Part shown: piece after piece, positions 1 through 7,441 of the stretch | Layout of the letters: the number at the start of each line of letters is the position of its first letter | How positions within the stretch are numbered: position 1 is the first letter of the stretch | NCBI GenBank assembly: GCA_947168855.1 | Contig: CAMVNO010000005.1 | Span: 88,439 to 152,438, forward strand | Direction: 5' to 3' | From: an uncultured Clostridia bacterium | GTDB taxonomy: Bacteria; Bacillota; Clostridia; Christensenellales; CAG-138 | Length of the DNA stretch: 64,000 nucleotides | The notes under the pieces: model-generated | Database searches by the model: none | What the model was told of the DNA's origin: nothing | Seen by the model: the letters and a program-made list of their open reading frames with translations, nothing else | Translations under genes and position numbers: made by a program

Positions 1-1692
1 TCGGGCCGCAGTTCCTCCGGAACCCGATCCGCGTCCGCGCAGAAGCGCAGCACGTCCGGCAGTTCCAATCAGCCTCCGAAGAAACGGAAGCGCAGGCGCA
101 AAAAGACGCGCCGCCTGCTCCTGATCGCCGTTTCGTTCCTCGTCTTTGCCGTTGCGGTGCTGATCGCGGCGATCCTGCTTGCGGGCAACTGCGGCAAGGG
201 CTGCAAGTCCTCTCACGGTACGCCCGTACCGACCGATCCGAACGCATCCGCAACGCCCGACGCACTCGAAACGCCCGTGCCCGTGACCGACGAAACCGTG
301 ATCTCGCACGACGCCGTGATCGAAGGCGTACAGCTTCGGGATCTGACGGTCGGCAGCGCGCGTGAACGCGTAAAGACCGCGCTTGCGGCAAAGCGCGACT
401 CGTTCGATATCACCGTCTCCTACGAAAGCTACGAACCGCTGTCCCTGAACGCGGATACGATCGGGCTTGGATACAGCGAAGCGGACCTTGAGGACGCGCT
501 GGTCGCCGCCGCGCGCGGCACGGAGCCCTCGATCTCGGTTCCGATGACCTTTGACGGCGAGATGCTTCGGAATGCGCTCTATGAGCTGAACGACAAGATT
601 CCGAACCACGCGGTCAACGCGAAGGCGGAGGTCAAGTATAAGACCAACAAGGTCGGCGACGCGAAATACTATCAGCCGTACTGGGATTTCACCGCCGGAA
701 CGAACGGCGCGAAGATCGACTTTGCCGCGCTGGAGGACGAGATCTCCGAGGCGATCCGGTCCGGCAACTATACCGCATCCCTGACGCCGTCCGTGACGGT
801 GTCCGAGCCGGAGATCACGCTCGACACGCTGAAGAGCCAGCTTACCCTGCTCGGAAGCTATTCGACGAGCTACTATTTCAAGGGCTCGACCTCCACGGAT
901 CCCGCGCTGGTGGAAAACCGCATGGGACGCGACACGAACATCACCAAGGCGATCGGCATGATGCAGGTCACGGAACTGAGACCGGGCAGGTCCTTCAGCT
1001 TCAACAAGACCACCGGCGACCGCTCGGAAAAGAAGGGCTGGGCGCTTGCGAACGCCATTCAGGACCAGACCTACACGAAGGAGCCCGGCGGCGGCGTGTG
1101 TCAGGTCAGCACGACGATCTTCAACGCCTGCCTTCGCGCGGGGATCACCAGCTTCACCCGGCGCGGGCACAGCATTCCGTCCGACTACGTGACCAAGAAT
1201 TTCCGGGACGGTCTCGGCTTCGACGCGACCGTGGACTCCGGTCATATCGATTTCGGTTTCAAGAACGATACCGGTCACACGGTCTACATGTTCATCTATA
1301 TCTCCAAGAACAAGGACAGCGCCCGCAAGAAGAACATCAATGTGGAGATCTACGGACAAAAGGAAGAAGGCGTCGAATACCGCTGCCGTAACGAGATCAT
1401 CGAAGAAACCTTCTGGAAGGACGATCCGAGCAAGTTCGAATACGTCTATGTGAACACGCTCCCGGCGGGAAAGCAGGTCCAGGTCCGCAACGCGCACGAC
1501 GGCTACGTGGTCAAGACCTACTTGGATAAATACAAGGACGGGCATTTCGTCAAGACCGTGCGCACGGAGGAAACGATCTACAAGGTCATCTATCCGAAGT
1601 ACAACGTCGGCATCGCCGATCCGACGCCCGTGCCGACCAAGTCCCCGAAACCGACGAGCACACCGGACGATTACGATTCCGACGAGCCGTAA
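1..1692 (+). CDS. VanW family protein, membrane anchored; 5' end probably upstream of window
   Basis: Frame 1 is open from base 1 (basic KKRKRRRKKTRR, then hydrophobic LLLIAVSFLVFAVAVLIAAILLAG) and runs into listed ORF 157..1692. VanW-type block GGGVCQVSTTIFNACLRAG...GHSIPSDY. Pro/Thr/Ser-rich C-terminal tail. Confidence 0.8.
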   Translation, partial: SGRSSSGTRSASAQKRSTSGSSNQPPKKRKRRRKKTRRLLLIAVSFLVFAVAVLIAAILLAGNCGKGCKSSHGTPVPTDPNASATPDALETPVPVTDETVISHDAVIEGVQLRDLTVGSARERVKTALAAKRDSFDITVSYESYEPLSLNADTIGLGYSEADLEDALVAAARGTEPSISVPMTFDGEMLRNALYELNDKIPNHAVNAKAEVKYKTNKVGDAKYYQPYWDFTAGTNGAKIDFAALEDEISEAIRSGNYTASLTPSVTVSEPEITLDTLKSQLTLLGSYSTSYYFKGSTSTDPALVENRMGRDTNITKAIGMMQVTELRPGRSFSFNKTTGDRSEKKGWALANAIQDQTYTKEPGGGVCQVSTTIFNACLRAGITSFTRRGHSIPSDYVTKNFRDGLGFDATVDSGHIDFGFKNDTGHTVYMFIYISKNKDSARKKNINVEIYGQKEEGVEYRCRNEIIEETFWKDDPSKFEYVYVNTLPAGKQVQVRNAHDGYVVKTYLDKYKDGHFVKTVRTEETIYKVIYPKYNVGIADPTPVPTKSPKPTSTPDDYDSDEP

Positions 1693-1706
1693 GCTCCGAA
1701 AACAGC

Positions 1707-1751
1707 AGAGGGTGTTCAGAAACAGCTATTTGTTTCCGAACACCCTCTTTA
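1707..1751 (+). terminator. Intrinsic terminator hairpin downstream of the VanW gene
   Basis: AGAGGGTGTTCAGAAAC-loop-GTTTCCGAACACCCTCT followed by TTT. A near-identical hairpin recurs at 28436..28480. Confidence 0.6.
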
Positions 1752-1944
1752 TGAATTCTCGCTTCGCTCCGTGAATTGTCCTTTGGACATGAATTGCGCC
1801 TTCCGACGCATGAATTGACGGCAAAGCCGTCATGAAGGTCGGTTTTCCGAATGGAAAACCATCCATAATGACAATTCCATTGTCAATTCATGCCGATAGG
1901 CAATTCATGGCGCAGCCAATTCATGCAGCCGTACTGCAATTCAT
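1751..1944. repeat. Inverted pair of tandem mini-hairpin arrays (ATGAATTG x4, then CAATTCAT x4)
   Basis: Constant word at 1751, 1771, 1789, 1810 (ATGAATT orientation) and at 1884, 1901, 1917, 1937 (AATTCAT orientation). Each word is separated by a different short hairpin (TGTCCtttGGACA, TGCGccttccgaCGCA, GACGGcaaaGCCGTC, TGCCgataGGCA, TGGCgcaGCCA, TGCAGccgtaCTGCA). Central hairpin GGTTTTCCgaatGGAAAACC. Confidence 0.85.
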
Positions 1945-1945
1945 A

Positions 1946-1976
1946 GGGGATGTTAAGAACCGTTCTTAACATCCCC
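1946..1976. terminator. Long perfect hairpin between convergent genes
   Basis: GGGGATGTTAAGAAC / GTTCTTAACATCCCC arms followed by ATTTTCTTT. Confidence 0.5.
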
Positions 1977-1983
1977 ATTTTCT

Positions 1984-2754
1984 TTATCCTTCGATCCCGA
2001 ACGCCCGGAAGCTGTTTTCAAACAGCGCTTCCGATATCGGCTCCGGATCCATGCCCCTGATCTCCGCAAGCTTCTGAAGCGTCAGCGTGATGCGCCTCGG
2101 ATCGTTGCGCGTGCCGCGGAACGGCACCGGCGTCATGTACGGGCAGTCCGTTTCGATCAGAAGCCGGTCCAAAGGAAGCTTTCCTGCGATCTCCCATTGG
2201 TGCACCGCGTTTTTGAACGTCAGCGCCCCGCCGAACGCGATATAGAGCCCGAGGTCGATGCACTCCCTCGCGATCTCGTAACTTGCCGAGAAGCAGTGCA
2301 TCACGCCCGAGAGGTTCCCGCGGTACTGCCGCAGAAGGTCCATCGTGTCGCCGTGCGCCTCGCGGTCGTGGATGATGACCGGCGCGTGAAGTTCTTTCGC
2401 CAACGCAAGCTGCGCGTCGAAGCAGGTCCGCTGCACGTCGCGCGGGGAGAAATCGTAGTGGTAGTCGAGCCCGATCTCGCCGATCGCTTTCATGCGCTCG
2501 TGCCCGAGCGCTTCCCGGATCCTTTCGAGCGTTTCCGGGCGAAATTCGTCCGCCGAATGCGGATGCACGCCGGCGCTGCCGTACAGATACGGCACGCGCG
2601 CAACGAGTTCGACCACGCGGTCGATGCCCGCCTCGTCGCAGCAGGCTTCCATGACATGCGCGATCCCGGCTTCGGGCAGCGCGGCGATCAGGCTTTCGCG
2701 GTCCGCGTCAAACTGCTCGTCCAATAGATGCGCATGGGTGTCGAAGATCCGCAT
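1984..2754 (-). CDS. tatD: TatD family metal-dependent hydrolase/DNase
   Basis: MRIFDTHAHL..., GEIGLDYHY, PVIIHDREAH, LLIETDCPYMTP motifs. Start overlaps the metG stop (TGATG). Confidence 0.9.
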   Translation of the reverse strand: MRIFDTHAHLLDEQFDADRESLIAALPEAGIAHVMEACCDEAGIDRVVELVARVPYLYGSAGVHPHSADEFRPETLERIREALGHERMKAIGEIGLDYHYDFSPRDVQRTCFDAQLALAKELHAPVIIHDREAHGDTMDLLRQYRGNLSGVMHCFSASYEIARECIDLGLYIAFGGALTFKNAVHQWEIAGKLPLDRLLIETDCPYMTPVPFRGTRNDPRRITLTLQKLAEIRGMDPEPISEALFENSFRAFGIEG

Positions 2755-4703
2755 CAGCGCACCACCCAGCCGGGCGTCAGCGCCTTTTCGGGCGTCACGA
2801 ACGCAAGCTCCTTATCCTCGGGATCGGACGCGCAGAGGATCATGCCGTGGCTTTCGACGCCGCAGAGCGTGACGGGCTTGAGGTTCGCCACGACCACGAC
2901 CGTCTTGCCGATGAGGTCCTCCGGCTTGTACCAGTTCTTGATGCCGGACACGACCGTGCGCTGCTCGCTGCCGATGTCGATCGTCAGCTTCAGAAGCTTC
3001 TTCGCGCGCTTGACTTCTTCGCACGCCGTGACCTTTCCGAGGCGGAGATCCATCTTCGCAAACTCGTCGTACGTGATCTCGTCCTTGATCGGCAGAACCG
3101 CCGGCGCTTCGGGCTTCTGCGGCTTCTGCTTCGCCATGAGCGCTTCCGCCTGCTCCATCACGACCTTCGGATCGAGCCGTGCAAACAGGATCTCCGGCTT
3201 TTCGGCGACCTTGTTTCCGGTCTCCGGATAGACGCCGAAGGTCATCAGCGAGTCGATCGTGCGCGGTTCCGTGCCGAGCTGTCCGAAGATATGCTCCGCG
3301 GTCTTCGGCAAAAACGGCGCAAGAAGGTTCGCGCCGATCGAAATGCTTTCGATCAGGTTATAGAGTACCTCCGAAAGGCGATCCGCCTTTTCGGGGTCCT
3401 TACTAAGCACCCACGGCGCGGTCTCGTCGATGTACTTGTTGCTGCGGCGGAAGATGTTGAAGATCTCGTTCAGCGCGTCGGCGATCCGCAGATCGTCCAT
3501 CGCCTTTTTCACGCGCGGATACGCCGTCGTCGCCACAAGCTTCAGCTCGTCGTCGACCGGCTCCGCGGCGTCCGTGCGCCGGACCTCTCCGCCGAAATAT
3601 TTATTGCTCATCGCGACCGTGCGGTTCACGAGATTGCCGAGCGTGTTCGCAAGGTCCGCGTTGAGCCGCTCGATCAGCACGTCCCACGTGATCGAGCCGT
3701 CGTTGTCGTACGGCATCTCGTGCAGCACGTAGTAGCGCACCGCGTCCACGCCGAACAGCTCAACAAGGTCGTCGGCATACATGACGTTTCCCTTGGATTT
3801 CGACATCTTGCCCTCGCCCTGCAGAAGCCACGGGTGACCGAAGACCGTCTTCGGCAGCGGCAGGTCCAGCGACATCAGGAAGATCGGCCAGTAGATCGTG
3901 TGGAAGCGGATGATGTCCTTTCCGATCACGTGCAGGTCGGCAGGCCAGAGCTTTTGGAACAGCTCGGAGGATTCGCCGCCGCATTCGTAGCCGATGCAGG
4001 TGATGTAGTTCGCGAGCGCGTCGAGCCAGACGTAGACGACGTGCTTCGGATCGAAGTCGACCGGAATGCCCCACTTGAACGACGTGCGCGATACGCACAG
4101 ATCCTGCAGTCCCGGCAGCAGGAAGTTGTTCATCATCTCGTTCTTGCGCGACACGGGCTTGATGAAATCGGGATGCGTGTTGATGTAGTCGATCAGGCGG
4201 TCGGCGTACTTGCTCATCTTGAAGAAGTACGCTTCCTCCTTCGCGGGCTGCACCTCTCTGCCGCAGTCGGGACACTTGCCGTCCACAAGCTGCGAGGGCG
4301 TGAAGAACGATTCGCAGGGCACGCAGTACATGCCTTCGTAATATCCCTTATAGATATCGCCCTTGTCGTACATGTATTTGAAGATCTTCTGGACGGTCCT
4401 CACGTGGTCCTCGTCCGTCGTGCGGATAAAGCGGTCGTAGCTCGTGCCGACGAGATCCCAGATGCGCTTGATCTCGCCCGCGACGTTGTCGACGTACTCC
4501 TTGGGCGTCACGCCCGCCGCCTTCGCTTTTTCCTCGATCTTCTGACCGTGCTCGTCCGTGCCGGTCTGCAGGTATACGTCGTAGCCCTCATAGCGCTTCC
4601 ACCGCGCGATGGAGTCCGAAAGGATCGCCTCGTAGGTGTTGCCGATGTGCGGCTTGCCGGACGCGTACGCGATCGCGGTCGTCATGTAATATTTCTGTCT
4701 CAT
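2754..4703 (-). CDS. metG: Methionine--tRNA ligase with C-terminal tRNA-binding (EMAP/Trbp111-like) domain
   Basis: YMTTAIAYASGKPHIGN (HIGH-type) and KMSKSKGN (KMSKS) motifs. Start moved to ATG 4703, preceded by AAGGAGAGGG; the listed ORF start 4808 has no SD. Confidence 0.95.
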   Translation of the reverse strand: MRQKYYMTTAIAYASGKPHIGNTYEAILSDSIARWKRYEGYDVYLQTGTDEHGQKIEEKAKAAGVTPKEYVDNVAGEIKRIWDLVGTSYDRFIRTTDEDHVRTVQKIFKYMYDKGDIYKGYYEGMYCVPCESFFTPSQLVDGKCPDCGREVQPAKEEAYFFKMSKYADRLIDYINTHPDFIKPVSRKNEMMNNFLLPGLQDLCVSRTSFKWGIPVDFDPKHVVYVWLDALANYITCIGYECGGESSELFQKLWPADLHVIGKDIIRFHTIYWPIFLMSLDLPLPKTVFGHPWLLQGEGKMSKSKGNVMYADDLVELFGVDAVRYYVLHEMPYDNDGSITWDVLIERLNADLANTLGNLVNRTVAMSNKYFGGEVRRTDAAEPVDDELKLVATTAYPRVKKAMDDLRIADALNEIFNIFRRSNKYIDETAPWVLSKDPEKADRLSEVLYNLIESISIGANLLAPFLPKTAEHIFGQLGTEPRTIDSLMTFGVYPETGNKVAEKPEILFARLDPKVVMEQAEALMAKQKPQKPEAPAVLPIKDEITYDEFAKMDLRLGKVTACEEVKRAKKLLKLTIDIGSEQRTVVSGIKNWYKPEDLIGKTVVVVANLKPVTLCGVESHGMILCASDPEDKELAFVTPEKALTPGWVVR

Positions 4704-4704
4704 A

Positions 4705-6147
4705 TCATTCCCTCTCCTTGTTCCTGTCAGTATAAGAAGCCTTTGCCGTTTTGTCAATGATGAAAATCCACGGAGAAAGACCGCCCGCCGCCGTGCGGCG
4801 TTTTTCACACAGCGAAAGCTTCGGATTCTCTTTGATCAGCCGTTCCAGCAGCTTCGCGTCCGCGGTGTAAAGCACGGCTTTTCCGCCGTCGTTCAGAAAG
4901 TACGGAAGCCGCCGGAGAAACTTTGCGTACAGCGTTTCGTTCTCCTTATGCGAGCCCACGCGCGTGCCGAACGGAAGGTTCGAAATCACGAGGTCCGCGC
5001 CCTCCTTTGCCTCAAAGTGCAGGATGTCGCGGCAGATGAACCGCGCGCGGCTTCCTGCCGCCTTGGCGTTTTCCCGCGCGATCCGGATCGCCGTGCTGCT
5101 CTTGTCCACGCCGGTGAGCGCTCTGCAATGCGCCTGTTCCTCACACGCAAACAGCAGCGAGCCGGATCCGCAGAACGGATCGAACACATTGGGACGCGCC
5201 GTCCTCACAAGCGACAGCGCCCAGCGGCTCAGCGCGTAGCCGAGCGCCGGATGGATCGACGCGGGCAGCGTGCCCGTGCGCCAGCGGTAGCGAAGGTCCT
5301 TCACGTTCCAGAGCTTCCAATAGAGGTCGCACCGGTCGTTCCGCGAGTCGATCCGAAGCTCGCAATCGTACGCCGACGGGTTGTTCTGCCCGGGAAGCAG
5401 CGCCTTGAGCTTTTCGATGAACCCGCTGCGGTCCTTTAAGTATCCGCGGATCTCGATGCGGTAATACGTTCCGATGCACTCCTTTGCCGCCGCAGCGATC
5501 GCCCTCGGCTCCATCGGCACGTCAAACGCGATCGGCAGCAGCGCTTCTGTCATGCAGTTTGCGCGATAGATCCCGGCGATCTCGGCGGTCACGACGCGCA
5601 CCGCGTCGCCCTGCACTGTTCCCGAAAACCCGAGCGAGGCAAGCTCGTCTTTGAGTTCCGCCGCAAAGCCCTTCGGCGCAAAGCACAGGATCTCGCGCGG
5701 GGCGGAAAGCGTCTCGAGCGTGCTTTCCGGCGCCGTTTCAAACCGCTGCGTCGCCTTTTCGTACGCGATCGTGATCTCGGCGATATGCTTGTCCGTTTCA
5801 ACCGATCCGGAGACCGGGATGCGGTACGACAGCAGCGCGTCCTTTGCGCCGAGCCTGCCCAGCGCCAGGATGAGGCTCGGCACCGTAAAGAGCGTCGTTT
5901 CCGTTTCGAGCGCGTGCGAAAGGATCGGCACGTCCGCTTCGTTTTCAAGCGCGCCGATCAGGCGATACACGTTCTTGCGCACCTTGGGCTGTTCGCTTCC
6001 CGCAAGCGCGGAAAGGATCGCGCGGTCATGCAGCTCCGCCTCGATCTCCGCTCTGCCCTGCTTGGTCTTTGCGATCGCGCAGAGCGCGGACAGCGCTTCC
6101 GTTGCGCTTTCGCCGTTCAGTTGTTCAAAAAGCGCCGGTACCGTCAT
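4705..6147 (-). CDS. Class I SAM-dependent RNA methyltransferase (UPF0020/RlmL-like) with helical-repeat N-terminus
   Basis: FDPFCGSGSLL (SAM motif I) and VISNLPFGTRVG (NPPY-like motif IV). 4-nt overlap with the murG stop. Confidence 0.7.
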   Translation of the reverse strand: MTVPALFEQLNGESATEALSALCAIAKTKQGRAEIEAELHDRAILSALAGSEQPKVRKNVYRLIGALENEADVPILSHALETETTLFTVPSLILALGRLGAKDALLSYRIPVSGSVETDKHIAEITIAYEKATQRFETAPESTLETLSAPREILCFAPKGFAAELKDELASLGFSGTVQGDAVRVVTAEIAGIYRANCMTEALLPIAFDVPMEPRAIAAAAKECIGTYYRIEIRGYLKDRSGFIEKLKALLPGQNNPSAYDCELRIDSRNDRCDLYWKLWNVKDLRYRWRTGTLPASIHPALGYALSRWALSLVRTARPNVFDPFCGSGSLLFACEEQAHCRALTGVDKSSTAIRIARENAKAAGSRARFICRDILHFEAKEGADLVISNLPFGTRVGSHKENETLYAKFLRRLPYFLNDGGKAVLYTADAKLLERLIKENPKLSLCEKRRTAAGGLSPWIFIIDKTAKASYTDRNKERE

Positions 6148-7208
6148 GCGTTCGCCGCTTCGCGGATGAGCTTGAGGATCGTCTCGGTGCCGTCGACGCC
6201 CTCGGCGTTTTTCATGGTCTCAAAATAGCTTTCCCGCGCCGCATACAGCGCGTTGACCTCCCGAAGAACGGAATCCGCGCTGACCTCGTCCGCAAGGAGC
6301 ACGCGCGCGTAGCCGCGCTTTTTGAAGTACTCCGCGTTCAGCTCCTGGTCGCCGCGGGTGGAGGCGCCGGACAGCGGCAGCAGCAGCATCGGCTTTTTGA
6401 GCGCCAGAAGCTCGAACACGGCGTTCGCCCCCGCGCGGGACACGACGACGTCCGCAAGCGCGAAGAGGTCCGCCATCTCGTCGCCGATGTATTCGTACTG
6501 CACATAGCCGGGCGCCTTGACGCGCTCGTCCAGCTTGCCCTTGCCGCAAAGATGCACCACGTCGAAGGTTTTCAACAATTCCGGAAGCGCTTCGCGCACG
6601 GCGACGTTGACCGCGACCGCGCCGAGACTGCCGCCGGTGACGAGCAGCACGGGCTTTATTCCGGAAAGCCCCGTGAACGCAAGCGCATGACTGCGCGAGC
6701 CGCGGTAAAGCTCCGGACGGATCGGCGTGCCGGTGTGCACGCCCTTGTTTCCCTTCACATACGGCACGGTGTCCGAAAACGTGACCAGCACCTTGTCGGC
6801 AAAGCGCGCATCGATCCTGTTCGCCAACCCCGGCGTATAGTCCGATTCGTGCGTCAGCACGGGGCAGATCCCCTTCGCCGCCGCCACCACGGGCACGGAA
6901 ACGTAGCCGCCCTTCGAAAACAGCACGGCGGGTCTGAGATTCTTTAAGATGCGTTTTGCCTGATGGTACCCCTTTTGCACATGGAACGGCATCGTGAGCG
7001 TCTTGAGGCTCGCGTAGCGCCGCAGCTTGCCGGAGTCGATCTCGTGATACGTCACGTACGGAACCGAAGCGACGAGGTCCTTTTCCATGCCGGACGTGCC
7101 GATATAGTGGATGTCCCATTCCGCGCGGTCGAGCCGTTCGATCAGCGCAAGGTTCGGCGTCACATGTCCTGCCGTGCCGCCGCCCGTAAAGACGATGGTT
7201 TTCTTCAT
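6144..7208 (-). CDS. murG: UDP-N-acetylglucosamine--N-acetylmuramyl-(pentapeptide) pyrophosphoryl-undecaprenol GlcNAc transferase
   Basis: MKKTIVFTGGGTAGHVTPNLAL N-terminus, LVTGGSLGA, typical MurG length. Confidence 0.93.
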   Translation of the reverse strand: MKKTIVFTGGGTAGHVTPNLALIERLDRAEWDIHYIGTSGMEKDLVASVPYVTYHEIDSGKLRRYASLKTLTMPFHVQKGYHQAKRILKNLRPAVLFSKGGYVSVPVVAAAKGICPVLTHESDYTPGLANRIDARFADKVLVTFSDTVPYVKGNKGVHTGTPIRPELYRGSRSHALAFTGLSGIKPVLLVTGGSLGAVAVNVAVREALPELLKTFDVVHLCGKGKLDERVKAPGYVQYEYIGDEMADLFALADVVVSRAGANAVFELLALKKPMLLLPLSGASTRGDQELNAEYFKKRGYARVLLADEVSADSVLREVNALYAARESYFETMKNAEGVDGTETILKLIREAANA

Positions 7209-7266
7209 ATCGTTTTCCCCCCGATCCTATCCTATGCGTACAAAAGACGTCTTTTCCCCATTTCAC

Positions 7267-7437
7267 GACGGCTCTGCCGTCAATTCATGTGCGAAGCGCA
7301 ATTCATTCATCCGCGAAAAGCGTCCCGCTTTTCTGCGCGTCCACCTCATCCGCCTTACGGCACCTTCTCCTCGAAGGAGAAGGCTTTTGGCTGCGCACAA
7401 TTCACGCGCCGTAAGGCATATCGCGGCAAAGCAGCCG
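7267..7437. repeat. Mosaic intergenic repeat (AATTCAT mini-hairpins + CCTCATCCGCC/GGCACCTTC element + CATATCGCGGCAAAGC word)
   Basis: GACGGctctGCCGTC-AATTCA-TGTGCGaaGCGCA-ATTCATTCATCCGCG..., CCACCTCATCCGCCTTACGGCACCTTCTCCtcgaAGGAGAAGGC, CAATTCAC, GGCATATCGCGGCAAAGC. The same words occur at other loci in this window. Confidence 0.8.
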
Positions 7438-7441
7438 CTCC

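Noticed and set aside
1751-1944. The periodic arrays (also 11387, 17630, 30059, 46153) considered as CRISPR arrays
   Set aside because: The conserved unit is only 7-9 nt, the period is 16-24 nt, the variable parts are themselves tiny palindromes, arrays occur in inverted pairs, and no cas genes or leader are present. This is the wrong scale and logic for CRISPR.
2847-4760. 637-aa plus-strand ORF opposite metG. Similar very long ORFs lie opposite real genes: 7778..9454, 12612..13655, 17839..19419, 20450..22507, 32560..33786, 35570..36649, 41817..43418, 43922..45454, 46730..47863, 49722..51815, 51812..52825, 53279..54244, 58160..59092, 59915..60622, 61933..62997 and 63031..63957.
   Set aside because: Their translations are Arg/Ala/Gly/His-rich low-information sequences with no motifs and no SD-start context. 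The opposite strand in each case encodes a protein with clear family motifs. Long antisense ORFs are expected in GC-rich DNA because stop codons are AT-rich.
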